The notes under the pieces are model-generated. The model did no database searches and was not told where the DNA came from. It was given only the letters and a program-made list of their open reading frames with translations. The translations under genes and the position numbers were made by a program. DNA of 63,984 bases, filler included, from a bacterium (lineage in GTDB: Bacteria > JBBIVP01): assembly GCA_037439705.1 (NCBI GenBank). It is 11 parts of 11 records of this genome, joined end to end, with 100 filler letters (N's around TTAATTAATTAA, not from the genome) between each part and the next. Parts side by side here need not be neighbours in the genome. Positions count along the whole stretch, not along the records: positions 6,455 to 12,715 come from JBBIVP010000127.1; positions 12,816 to 18,911 come from JBBIVP010000128.1; positions 19,012 to 25,092 come from JBBIVP010000129.1; 8 more parts are not named here. One strand, 5' to 3'. Below, one piece after another: positions 10,944-21,328 of this stretch. Position 1 is the first letter of the stretch, and each line of letters begins with the position of its first letter.

Positions 10944-12130
10944 CCAGTTTTTATCACTCCCTCTTTTTCAAGCAATTCTATCTCCTTTTCTTTATATCCA
11001 CCTATTTCTAATAGAACCTCTCTTGTATGTTCCCCCCATTTTGGCGGATTGGTTCTATATGGTTGCTTTTCAACTCCGTCCATAAGTACTGGAGTTCTCA
11101 TCTGGTATATTCTTCCCTCACTTGGATAATCACTTACAAAAAAGACCTCTCTTTTCTTGAAATGCGGGTCCTCAACAACCTCAGCCACACTTCTTACAGG
11201 TTCACAGCATGCATCAACTCCTTTCAGGAGTTCAACCCATTCTTCCTGAGTTCTTGAAAGAAATTCCTTTTTTAATTCCTCATATCCCCTTTCTCCATCT
11301 ACTGCCGGAGAGTATGCTTCGTCAATTAGATCTTCCCTTCCAATGGCTCTCAAGAAGGCTTCCCAGAATTTTGGTTCAAGTGCTCCTAAAGCCATGAATT
11401 TCCCATCCTTTGTTCTGTATATGTTGTAGCATAAGAACTCTCCTGAAAGCCTTGTTTTTCCCCTTGTTGGCAGGATGCCCTCGGCAAAAAACTGAATGAA
11501 AAATGTGCTCATAAATGACATAGCAGATTCAGTCATTGATATGTCAATATAGCTTCCTTCTCCGGTTTTCATCTTTTTTATAATTCCTGAAAGGATTCCA
11601 ATTACTGCATACAGACCACTGCTGTAATCAGCCACCTGCCCGCCAGGGATTACGGGTTGACCGTCTCTCACCCCTGTGCAATCAAGAAAACCGGAAAGGG
11701 CAAGGTAGTTTATATCGTGTCCTGGTTTCTGGGTATATAAACCTGTTTGTCCATATCCAGTTATTGAGCACATCACTATTGATGGATTTTCTTTTTTAAG
11801 AACTTCATAACCGAGTCCAAGTTTTTCCATAACAGATGGTCTGAAACTTTCTATAACCACATCGCTATTTTTTACAAGTGTTACAAAGACTTCCCTTCCT
11901 TTTTCCTTTTTGAGGTCTATGATCACACTCTTCTTATTTCTGTTCAAAGCCATAAAATAAACGCTCATGGTTTTTACAAGGGGTGGTCCCCATCTTGCAT
12001 AATCGCCTGCAACCGGGTCTTCAATTTTTATTACCTCCGCTCCCAGGTCTGCAAGGATGAGGGTAGCATAAGGACCTGGAAGAAGTCTTGTAAGGTCAAG
12101 AACCCTTATTCCTTCAAGTGGTCTTTTCAT
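10940..12130 (-). CDS. CaiB/BaiF family III CoA-transferase (racemase-like)
   Basis: PLEGIRVLDLTRLLPGP, NRNKKS, ESFRP, GHDINY. Confidence 0.93.
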   Translation of the reverse strand: MKRPLEGIRVLDLTRLLPGPYATLILADLGAEVIKIEDPVAGDYARWGPPLVKTMSVYFMALNRNKKSVIIDLKKEKGREVFVTLVKNSDVVIESFRPSVMEKLGLGYEVLKKENPSIVMCSITGYGQTGLYTQKPGHDINYLALSGFLDCTGVRDGQPVIPGGQVADYSSGLYAVIGILSGIIKKMKTGEGSYIDISMTESAMSFMSTFFIQFFAEGILPTRGKTRLSGEFLCYNIYRTKDGKFMALGALEPKFWEAFLRAIGREDLIDEAYSPAVDGERGYEELKKEFLSRTQEEWVELLKGVDACCEPVRSVAEVVEDPHFKKREVFFVSDYPSEGRIYQMRTPVLMDGVEKQPYRTNPPKWGEHTREVLLEIGGYKEKEIELLEKEGVIKTG

Positions 12131-12311
12131 TTTTTTATTATTTAACAAAATAAAAATCTCTTCAAGGAAAAGGGGTGGAAGAACATTGCAACCAGGGGAA
12201 GGAGGATGATGTTAGTGGAGGGTGGAGAGGATGTCTTAACCTGGAAGAGAAAAGAGATTGATTTTAACTTTATACTGTTAATATAATAAACTTTTAGAGA
12301 CAGAGGTGATT

Positions 12312-12715
12312 ATGGAAAGTATTCAAAAATTTCAGGATTTGCTTAAAAGAATTTTTCAGTTTGAAGCCTGTGATTTAGATTTTGGAATTTATCGTATCCT
12401 TAATTACAGGAGGGATAAAATAGAAAAATTTATCCAGGAAGACCTTAAAAATAAGGTTGAATCCGCATTTGCTAAGCATAAAGATGAAAGGCTTACTAAT
12501 ATTAACCAGAGGTTTGAAGAGGCAAAAGAGAAAATTATTCAAGGTTTAGGTAAGGATGCTTTTACTCCTGCTGGAGAACTTAAAGAACAATTTAAAGACA
12601 CACCGCTTGGTAGAGATTATCTCTCAGTAAAAGCACAAAAAGATGAAGTAGAAACTATTGATGAAATTAAGCTTCAGGTGTTCAATGACCTTTATAACTT
12701 CTTTTCAAGATATTA
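12312..12715 (+). CDS. N-terminus of a type III restriction-modification DNA methyltransferase (Mod-like), truncated
   Basis: FQF...DLDFGIYRILN and FNDLYNFFSRY match the N-terminal domain of large Mod-type methyltransferases; catalytic motifs would lie beyond the contig end. Confidence 0.7.
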
Positions 12716-12815
12716 NNNNNNNNNNNNNNNNNNNNNNNNNNNNNNNNNNNNNNNNNNNNTTAATTAATTAANNNNNNNNNNNNNNNNNNNNNNNNNNNNN
12801 NNNNNNNNNNNNNNN

Positions 12816-13183
12816 AGAAGTACAGGATATGCATCCTCATCAAGAAGAGGAAAACCATCGGAAGAAGAAAGGACAGGGTCAAGAACAACCTTTCCTTTAA
12901 AATTTTTAAGGAAATCCGCAATTTTTTTAACTATGGCTGAATTTCCGAGCATCCCTATTTTTATTCCTGCAATTTTCCCAAACCTTGAGACCTCCTTCAA
13001 TTGTTTATCAATTACCTCAGGAGAAAGGTCAAGTTTTCCGCTCACCCTTTTTCCATCCTGAAATGTTAAAGAGGTTATAACGCTCTTTACCTTCCAGCCC
13101 ATTTTTGAAAATGTCAGGATGTCCCTCAGAATTCCAGCACCACCGCTCGGGTCAAATCCTGCTATGGTTAGAAGAAATTCCAT
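12816..13183 (-). CDS. thiD: Hydroxymethylpyrimidine/phosphomethylpyrimidine kinase (3' truncated)
   Basis: LTIAGFDPSGGAGI, IKIGML, VLDPVL. Confidence 0.92.
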
Positions 13184-13821
13184 TTTTTCAGCGCATTAAA
13201 AATTTTATCAAGATTTTCTTTTATATTCCCCTTAAATATCCCTGATATCATTGATATTCCTGAAATAGGTAAGTGAAGTAGTTCGTTTATGTTTTCTGAA
13301 TTTATTCCCCCTATCGCAACAACCGGAATTTTTGAAAACCTGATTACCTCTTCAAGTTTTTCTTTTCCCTGCACTGGCACAGGAATCCCTTTTGTTTCAG
13401 TTGGGAAAATTGAGCCAAAGGAGATGTAGTCAGGCCTCAATCCCTTCACTTTTTTAACCTCTTCTAAGGAGTGAACAGAAAGCCCTATGATAAATTTTTT
13501 AGGAAGTATTTTTCTTGCAAAATTAACAGGAATGTCATCCTCTCCAAGGTGAACTCCATCCGCGAATGAACACAACGCTACATCAATTCTATCGTTTATT
13601 ATAAGGATTTTTTTCCATTTTTTTCTTATTCTCAAAGCAATTTCAAAAAATTCCCTATCTGATGAAGGCTTCTTCCAGCGAAGTTGAAGAAAATTTATAG
13701 GGAATTTTTTCAAAATTTTAATGGACGAATCAATATCAGCATTCATTTTCTCTATGTACTCAACATCAATTATTGGGTAGATACCTATTTTCCCAAACTC
13801 TATCACAATATGATTATACAA
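13168..13821 (-). CDS. thiE: Thiamine-phosphate synthase
   Basis: QLRWK, IINDRIDVA, GVHLGEDD, FPTETK, VAIGGI; exact start uncertain. Confidence 0.92.
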   Translation of the reverse strand: MYNHIVIEFGKIGIYPIIDVEYIEKMNADIDSSIKILKKFPINFLQLRWKKPSSDREFFEIALRIRKKWKKILIINDRIDVALCSFADGVHLGEDDIPVNFARKILPKKFIIGLSVHSLEEVKKVKGLRPDYISFGSIFPTETKGIPVPVQGKEKLEEVIRFSKIPVVAIGGINSENINELLHLPISGISMISGIFKGNIKENLDKIFNALKKWNFF

Positions 13822-13948
13822 TCTTCCAGATTAGTTATCAAAATTTGTCCAAGTTAAGGACATTTGCAACATTGGACAATTCTTTTCTCCACTTTTATGG
13901 GTCTGTAAAAAATGTAGCAAATTTTATCTCATCCATTTCTACCCCATT

Positions 13949-14650
13949 TTATTTTTTAACCCCAATTTTGTATTCTTTTATCTTTTTGGTAAGGGTATTT
14001 CTGTTAATCCCAAGAATTTTTGATGCCTTTACCTTGTTTCCGTTTGCCTTCTCAAGCGCTATTTTAAGAATTATTTTTTCTACTTCACTCACTACGAGAT
14101 TTATTATCCCTTCTTCTACTTTTTCAAACCTTTCTATTATTCCATCAAGTTTTGCTCTCAGCACATCTTCCAGTGACACATTTTTAAGTATGTTTGGAAG
14201 CTGGTCAACTACTATAGCCTTCTTTGATATTCTATCAGAAGCCCCTATATGAAATGCATGTGTAGGTTCATGCCCGAATTCCTTAGCAAGAAGTGCTTTT
14301 GAGAAGATGAGGTCAAGTTTTTCTTCTTCTATTGGTGTTATTAAAAAATCGTTCAGCCCGAACTGTGCAACATCCCTTACGAGTTTCGTGTTTTTCTTTT
14401 CAAGGATAAGAACTGTAAATTTTTCTACATCCTTTAATTCAGAAATTTTTTTAAAAATTTCAACACACCTTTCTCCATCCTTTCCTTCAACAAATATAAT
14501 GTTAAAACTCCCCTTAAGGTCTTTTTTGTTAATTTCATCTATTTCTTTTACTGCTTCAAAGGGATATCCTGTCTTTTTTATCAAAGTTTTCATGGTTGAA
14601 ATAAGCTTTCCTGAATCAGAAATGAGATATACCTTCTCACCCGTTTCCAT
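13949..14650 (-). CDS. Fis-type HTH regulator with a degenerate receiver domain and no AAA+ domain
   Basis: C-terminal ALEKANGNKVKASKILGINRNTLTKKI; SD AGGAG before ATG at 14650 (METGEKVYLI); receiver-like N-terminus. Confidence 0.8.
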   Translation of the reverse strand: METGEKVYLISDSGKLISTMKTLIKKTGYPFEAVKEIDEINKKDLKGSFNIIFVEGKDGERCVEIFKKISELKDVEKFTVLILEKKNTKLVRDVAQFGLNDFLITPIEEEKLDLIFSKALLAKEFGHEPTHAFHIGASDRISKKAIVVDQLPNILKNVSLEDVLRAKLDGIIERFEKVEEGIINLVVSEVEKIILKIALEKANGNKVKASKILGINRNTLTKKIKEYKIGVKK

Positions 14651-14658
14651 ATTGTCTC

Positions 14659-14817
14659 CTAATAATCCTCGTCCTCTTCTCCTTCTAATTCCTCTTTTCC
14701 TTTTTTCACAAGTTTTATCGGTGTTCCGCAATAGGGGCAAAAAATTGTATCTCCTTCCCTGTCCTGTTCATCAAGAGAGATTTCTGCATCACAGGTTGGG
14801 CACTCAATTATTCGCAT
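14659..14817 (-). CDS. 52-aa LysW-like zinc-ribbon protein with acidic tail (absent from the ORF track)
   Basis: MRIIECPTCDAEISLDEQDREGDTIFCPYCGTPIKLVKKGKEELEGEEDEDY; two CxxC motifs; promoter directly upstream; its stop codon overlaps the SD of the next gene. Confidence 0.8.
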   Translation of the reverse strand: MRIIECPTCDAEISLDEQDREGDTIFCPYCGTPIKLVKKGKEELEGEEDEDY

Positions 14818-14823
14818 AGTTCA

Positions 14824-14852
14824 ATTTTATGAACGGAGCAAACATCTTTCAA
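14824..14852 (-). promoter_or_regulatory. Sigma70-type promoter for the LysW-like gene
   Basis: TTGAAA-17 nt-TAAAAT, ending 6 nt before ATG 14817. Confidence 0.6.
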
Positions 14853-14955
14853 GCATTTTTTAAAGAGGGTTAAATCACCCATTTTAAAAAAATTTAAAGC
14901 AAAAATTTATATGAATTCTTGATAAAATTTTATTTTGAGTTAAAAAATTCTAAAA

Positions 14956-15387
14956 ATGAAGGGAAAAATGAGAAAGTCTATCATTCCTCTTCTTCAGGAA
15001 ATTCAGAGAAGGGATGGGTATATATCAAAAGAAGGAATAAGGGAAATCGCTGAAAAAACAGGTGCAAGTGTTAATGAAATATACGGGATTGCAAGTTTTT
15101 ATACTCAGTTCAGATTTACTCCGCCTGCGAAACACTGCATAAATGTTTGCCTCGGAACAGCCTGTCATGTGAAAGGAGGTTTAAATGTGCTTGAGGCATT
15201 TGAAAGGGAATTGAAAATAAAGGTGGGAGAAATTACTCCGAATGGAGAATTTGAACTGCAAAGGGTGGCATGTGTTGGATGCTGTGCTCTTGCTCCAGTG
15301 GTGGTAGTTGATGAGGAGGTATATCCGAAGAATTCTCCGAGCAGTGTAAAGGAAATCCTTGAGAAATATAAGGGAAAAAATGTCTGA
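14956..15387 (+). CDS. NuoE/HydC-like [2Fe-2S] subunit
   Basis: ASFYTQF, CLGTACHVKG, CVGCCALAPV. Confidence 0.92.
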   Translation: MKGKMRKSIIPLLQEIQRRDGYISKEGIREIAEKTGASVNEIYGIASFYTQFRFTPPAKHCINVCLGTACHVKGGLNVLEAFERELKIKVGEITPNGEFELQRVACVGCCALAPVVVVDEEVYPKNSPSSVKEILEKYKGKNV

Positions 15388-17206
15388 AGAAAAAATTATA
15401 TTTGTCTGTCAGGGAACAGGGTGTGTTTCAAACAAAAGTACTCCCCTTTACAATGCTCTGAAGGAGGAAATTGAGAAGAGGGGAATAAAAAATGTAAAGG
15501 TTGATTTTACTGGATGTCATGGGTTCTGCGAAAAGGGTCCGCTTGTAATTATAGAGCCGGACGGTATTCTTTATACGCTTGTTAAACCGCATCAGGCAGG
15601 AGAAATAATTGAAAAACACATCCTCAACGCTCAACTGGTTAAAAATTTTATTTACAGGGACCCGGTTAAGAACGAAGAAATTCCATTATACAAAGATATA
15701 GGGTTTTATAAGGGACAGACGAGACTCATTCTGAAAAACTGTGGGAATATAAATCCAGAAAGAATTGATGATGCTTTAAAAGTGGGTGCTTATACCGCTT
15801 TGAGAAAGGCACTATTTGAAATGAAACCAGAGGAGGTGATTGAGGAGATCAAAAAATCAGGCCTCAGGGGAAGAGGAGGGGCAGGTTTCCCGACAGGAAT
15901 GAAATGGGAAGCCACGAGAAGGGCAAAGGGGAAGGAGAAGTACATTATATGTAATGGCGACGAGGGAGACCCAGGAGCATTTATGGACAGGTCTCTCCTT
16001 GAAGCGAACCCTCATTCTGTAATTGAAGGAATGATAATAGCGGCTTACGCAATAGGTGCAAAGCATGGCTTTATTTATGTTAGGGCAGAATATCCATTGG
16101 CAGTTAAGAGGTTGAGAAAGGCAATAAATGATGCAAGGGAGAGGGGATTCCTTGGAAAATCAATTCTTGGGAAGAAGGGGTTTGATTTTGATATTGAAAT
16201 AATGGAGGGAGCAGGCGCATTTGTTTGTGGTGAGGAGACAGCCCTCATCGCATCCCTTGAAGGGAAGAGGGGGATGCCGAGGAAAAGACCACCTTATCCT
16301 GCTGAAATGGGATATAACGGAAAACCGACAAATATAAACAATGTGAAAACATACGCCTCTGTTCCAGTGATAATAAATAAAGGGGCTGATTATTATGCGA
16401 GCATAGGAACTAAAACGAGTAAGGGAACAATGGTTTTCGCATTAACTGGAAAAATTAATAATTCTGGGCTCATAGAGGTTCCAATGGGAATAACCCTGAG
16501 AAAGATAATATATGAAATTGGAGGCGGAATCCCTAAAGGTAAAAAATTCAAGGCTGCTCAGACGGGAGGTCCATCAGGTGGGTGCCTTCCAGAGGCATTT
16601 CTTGATGTGCCTATAGATTATGAATCCCTCACATCCGCTGGTTCAATGATGGGTTCAGGAGGAATAATTATTGCAGATGAAGATACATGCATGGTTGATT
16701 TTGCAAAATACTTCCTTGATTTTACACAGAAGGAATCCTGCGGAAAATGCGTGCCCTGCAGGGTCGGAACGAGGCACATGTTTGAGATTTTAACGAGAAT
16801 AACTCAGGGAAAAGGGAATGATGGAGACCTTGAACTTCTTGAAAATTTTGCAAAGATAGTCAAGGAAACATCCCTCTGTGGTTTGGGGCAGACTGCTCCA
16901 AATCCAGTTCTCACAACAATAAGGTATTTCAGAGACGAATACATTGCTCACATAAAAAGAAGGGAATGCCCTGCAAGGGTTTGTAAAGATTTGATTTCAT
17001 TTTACATTCTTCCTGAAAAATGTGTCGGCTGTCTTCTCTGCCTCAAAAACTGCCCCACTGGTGCAATAAGTGGGGGATTGAAGAAGGTTCACATTATAAA
17101 TCAGGAAAAGTGTGTGAAATGTGGGGTATGCTATGATGTATGTCCACCAAAGGTGAGTGCTGTTGTGAGACTTACAGGAGAAGAAAGGAGGAAGGTCGGT
17201 GCCTGA
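15380..17206 (+). CDS. NuoF/HydB-like FMN- and NADH-binding subunit with N-terminal [2Fe-2S] and C-terminal 2x[4Fe-4S] domains
   Basis: SGLRGRGGAGFPTG, DEGDPGAFMDR, GAFVCGEET, ESCGKCVPCRVG, two CxxCxxCxxxCP motifs; ATG at 15380. Confidence 0.95.
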   Translation: MSEEKIIFVCQGTGCVSNKSTPLYNALKEEIEKRGIKNVKVDFTGCHGFCEKGPLVIIEPDGILYTLVKPHQAGEIIEKHILNAQLVKNFIYRDPVKNEEIPLYKDIGFYKGQTRLILKNCGNINPERIDDALKVGAYTALRKALFEMKPEEVIEEIKKSGLRGRGGAGFPTGMKWEATRRAKGKEKYIICNGDEGDPGAFMDRSLLEANPHSVIEGMIIAAYAIGAKHGFIYVRAEYPLAVKRLRKAINDARERGFLGKSILGKKGFDFDIEIMEGAGAFVCGEETALIASLEGKRGMPRKRPPYPAEMGYNGKPTNINNVKTYASVPVIINKGADYYASIGTKTSKGTMVFALTGKINNSGLIEVPMGITLRKIIYEIGGGIPKGKKFKAAQTGGPSGGCLPEAFLDVPIDYESLTSAGSMMGSGGIIIADEDTCMVDFAKYFLDFTQKESCGKCVPCRVGTRHMFEILTRITQGKGNDGDLELLENFAKIVKETSLCGLGQTAPNPVLTTIRYFRDEYIAHIKRRECPARVCKDLISFYILPEKCVGCLLCLKNCPTGAISGGLKKVHIINQEKCVKCGVCYDVCPPKVSAVVRLTGEERRKVGA

Positions 17207-18911
17207 AGTAATAAGGGCAATAATAAACGGAAAAGAGGTAAAGGCAAAGAAAGGACAGACCATTCTTGAGGTTGCAAGGGAGGAAGGGATATACATTCCA
17301 ACGCTTTGCACTCACAAACTCTTAAGTCCTTATGGTGCATGCAGGGTATGCGTTGTTGAGATTGAGGGTTCTGGGAGGCTTTTTACCTCCTGCAATACAG
17401 AACTTGTTGACGGTATAGTTGTAAAAACCGATACGGAAAGGGTAAAAAATGCGAGAAGGGCAATTATAGAATTCATGCTTTCAGAACATCCATCTGCCTG
17501 CCTTCTTTGTCCATATCAAGAGGAGTGTTATGAGATTCAACAGTGCAATGTAAAACTGGGAACGGTTGTGGGATGCAGGTTCTGTGCAAGAGATGGAATA
17601 TGTGAGCTACAGAAGGTTGTGAGGGAACTTGGGATAAAGGAGATTTCCTTACCCTCCATATACAGGGGGATTCCGGTTGAAAATGATGACCCATTTTTTG
17701 AAAGGGATTATAATCTCTGCATTCTTTGTGGAAGGTGTGTTAGAATATGTCAGGAAGTAAGAATGACCGGAACCCTTTCATTTTTGAGAAGGGGACCCAG
17801 CACAAAGGTTGGGACACTGTTTGACCTCCCCCATTTAGAGGCAGGATGTGAATTCTGCGGTTCCTGTGTTGATGTGTGTCCAACTGGTGCTCTTGTGGAG
17901 AGGACGAGAAAGTGGAAAGGGGTTCCTGAAGAAAGGATTGAAAATATCTGTCCCTTCTGTTCCTTCAATTGTGACATCATTATGGATGTAAAGAAAAAGG
18001 AGGTTTTCGCAGTTTCTTCAACTGAGAATGGGCTTCTATGTTCAAGCGGTAAGTTCGGAACAGCAGGAATGCTTCTTTCTGGAGAAAGGGCAAAATCTCC
18101 TTTCATAAAAGATAAAGGAGAGGTTTCCTGGGATGAGGCTTTATCCTATGCAACTGAAATTTTAAACTCTCATAAAGAGGATGAAATAGGAATTGTTCTA
18201 TCACCATATTTAACAAATGAAACAATTCTATCAGCCCTTTCCTTTGCGGAATCCTTAAAAATATCAAAAATCACATCTCCTTCTTTGAAATGGGAAAGTT
18301 CAATTTATTCTGAGCTCTTGCCAAAGAAAAGACCAAGAATCTCCTCTTACAATCTTTTATTGGTTACTACCGAACTTCCAGCACCTATTGAAATAGAGGT
18401 AAAGCATGTTTCAGCCAATGGTGGAGATGTATATGAATTCAATCCATCGGATACATTTCTTACAAGACATGTGAACTCTTTCAGATGTATTCCAGAACCT
18501 TCTCTCGTTCTATTGACACTTTTTAAAGTTGAAAAGAATAGAAGTGGAAGAAAAGTTAACGAGGAAGTAGAGAAAATTCTTGAAAAGTTTGATATTAAAA
18601 CCCTGTTGAATCTATGCGGAATTTCTGAAAAAGAGGTGGAAGAGTTGAGTGATAGAATAGAAGGGGCTAAAAATAAAGCCTTCATTTATGAATTTCGTTC
18701 AATCCATCCGGTTCTGGTGAAAGAATTTTCATCTGTTTTTTCCATTGTTCCTATTCCCATTATGAAAGACGGAAATGAAAGGGGTATACTTGATATGGCA
18801 GAAGAGATGATATCTTACGATGCTTTCCTTTCTGATGAAAAAATAAAGGTGGTTTATTCCATCGGGGTTCCATTTGCAGGAAATGGAAAAATTACAATCC
18901 TTCAGGACCCG
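17199..18911 (+). CDS. NuoG/FdhA-like Fe-S subunit with a degenerate molybdopterin-oxidoreductase-like C-terminal part (3' truncated)
   Basis: IPTLC...GACRVC...C, HxxxCxxC, CILCGRCVRIC, CEFCGSCVDVCP, CPFCSFNC...C. Confidence 0.85.
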
Positions 18912-19011
18912 NNNNNNNNNNNNNNNNNNNNNNNNNNNNNNNNNNNNNNNNNNNNTTAATTAATTAANNNNNNNNNNNNNNNNNNNNNNNNNNNNNNNNN
19001 NNNNNNNNNNN

Positions 19012-20235
19012 GGAAAGTGTGGAGGCAGTAGGTGCGGAAACCGGAAAGATTACATAAGAAGTTTTCGCCCATTTTATTGACGCTTCAAGGCTTTCTTTTT
19101 TTGAGATTGAAAGGAAAAATTGAGAAAGGGCAAAAATAAAAAGGAATAGGGATGTAATAAATAAAAATCCCTTATCCCCTTTGAATTTTCTAAACCCCCC
19201 TCCACTTATTGTGGTTAAAAAAATCCCCATGTTCGCGGGTGAAGAAAAGGAAAAATCAAAAAGGGAATGAACGAAGAGTGGAATAAAGGAAAATCTCCAT
19301 TTCTGGGAAGGGTCAAAGGCTTTATAAAGATAAAAAGAAAAGAGAAAAAATCCGATGAGCCCTGAGGAAAAGAGAATTTCAAGCATGAAAGAATGAGGAA
19401 ATCTGCTGTAAACACCACTTCTCTGGAAATACGGAAAAATTCTTTCAAAACTTCCATATCCATACCCTGCGACTGGATTTTTTGATATGGCATTGAGCGT
19501 GTCTTTCCAGAGAGAAAGCCTTACGTTCAAAGAAGAATAAAAAGTTTCAATTGAGAACCTCTTCCAGAAAGGTGAAAAATAAAGAAAAAGAAAAATTATT
19601 CCGATGGTAATGAGGGAAAAAATTATATGGTGGGTTTTTATATTTTTTCTTAAACGAAAAAAGCCTGTAACTCCTGCTGAAAGGACAAAAAGAAAGAGGG
19701 CTGTTCTTGAACCTGTAAGTAGAATTCCTGTTAGAGAAAGAATAAATAACGGAAGGTCCGCCTTCGGATATATTGAAAGGATACTCGCAGGAAGTAGAAA
19801 CCCCGCGGCTGGATTTGGATGGAAGAATGTTCCCTGAGCCCTTCCCATGGTGGTAAGATATTGAGAACCACCTTTTATGTGATGAATGATTATGGAAATT
19901 GAAACAACAAAAAATGCAGGTTTTAAAACATCGGTAGAGAGATTTTTTAACAAACTGCTTATAGAGATGAGCATTGCAAAATAAAAACACCATCTTAGTG
20001 TCAAGTCAGGACTTTCAGACCAGAGTGCAGAAATCAAGAGAAAAATAAGGAATGGGAGACCCACTGGATTTATTGTGATTTCATTCCTTAAAAGAAAAAA
20101 AATGATGATAAATAATAAGTCCGCTATACAAACCCATACCCCTTCCATTCCGCCAAATCCCAGAGGCAAGAGCACAAAAAGAAGGGAAATGAGGATTTCA
20201 GTATATCCAGGGCTTTGGAATAAACTTTTCTTCAT
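19012..20235 (-). CDS. O-antigen ligase family membrane protein (3' truncated)
   Basis: [31 protein letters not shown] motifs. Confidence 0.8.
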
Positions 20236-21229
20236 ACAGATTCAGAGCATATCTGTCAGTCATTCCTGCTATAAAATCGCCCACCGAAAGATAGAGGGGC
20301 TCCCTCCATAACTCCTTCCCTGCATCCTTCAGGAATTCATCCGGGTGTTTCATGTAATACTCATAAAGAAATTCAAGGATGTGATAACATTTTTTAAACT
20401 CCGCCCTTACCTTTTCCGATTCGTAAACCCTTTCAAACATAAAAGTTCTCAATGTCTCAATCGCATAGAGCATTCTCTCGCTCAACGCAATTTCACCCTT
20501 ATCCATGCTGGTAAATATCACATCCTTCACCATTGTATCTATCCTTTTTGAATACCTTTCTCCTATTTCCTTTTTCACTATTTCAGGAAACTCATCTTCT
20601 CTTATAATTTTTGCCCTCAATGCATCATCAAGGTCGTGGTTTAAATAGGCTATTACATCGGATATTCTCACAATCATTCCTTCTAATGTTATTGGCTTCA
20701 AGTTTTCATCAGGTATTATTGGAGACTTTCCCTTTGAATGTTTTTTTATTCCATCCCTTACCTCAAAAGTTAAGTTCAAGCCCTGTCCATCTTTTTCAAG
20801 AATATCAACAACCCTGATGCTCTGCTCTGCATGATGAAATCCGCCAGGAAGGATGTTATTTAAAACCTCCTCTCCAGCATGCCCAAATGGAGTATGACCA
20901 ATGTCATGTCCTAAGGAGATTGCTTCAACGAGGTCTTCATTAAGCCTTAAAGAGCGTGCTATTGTCCTTGCAATCTGGGATACTTCAAGGGTATGGGTTA
21001 ACCTCGTTCTATAATGGTCGCCTTCAGGAAGAATGAGAACCTGAGTTTTGTGCTTCAGTCTTCTGAAAGCCTTTGAATGGACAATCCTGTCCCTGTCGTG
21101 TTGAAACGCAGGTCTTATATCGCATTCCTCCTCTGGTTTCAGCCTTCCCCTTGATGCTCTGCTTCTTTGAGCAAGTGGAGAAAGGGTATTTTCTTCAATC
21201 TCCTCAAGAATTTCCCTTATTTTTCTCAT
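20198..21229 (-). CDS. dgt: dGTP triphosphohydrolase (HD domain)
   Basis: [53 protein letters not shown]. Confidence 0.95.
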   Translation of the reverse strand: MRKIREILEEIEENTLSPLAQRSRASRGRLKPEEECDIRPAFQHDRDRIVHSKAFRRLKHKTQVLILPEGDHYRTRLTHTLEVSQIARTIARSLRLNEDLVEAISLGHDIGHTPFGHAGEEVLNNILPGGFHHAEQSIRVVDILEKDGQGLNLTFEVRDGIKKHSKGKSPIIPDENLKPITLEGMIVRISDVIAYLNHDLDDALRAKIIREDEFPEIVKKEIGERYSKRIDTMVKDVIFTSMDKGEIALSERMLYAIETLRTFMFERVYESEKVRAEFKKCYHILEFLYEYYMKHPDEFLKDAGKELWREPLYLSVGDFIAGMTDRYALNLYEEKFIPKPWIY

Positions 21230-21328
21230 TTTTTTATCCTATGGCTTTTGTTATTAATAATCAATTAGTTTTTTTGTAAACCCACACCCGGAATTATTGA
21301 GAACCGCTTTCTTTCAGGATGAAGTGGC

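Noticed and set aside
13822-13948. TPP riboswitch upstream of thiE-thiD
   Set aside because: No recognisable conserved TPP aptamer core (CTGAGA...ACCTGA)
14651-14740. Arg-rich N-terminal extension of the Fis regulator in the ORF track
   Set aside because: It is an alternative frame of the LysW-like gene; the SD supports ATG 14650
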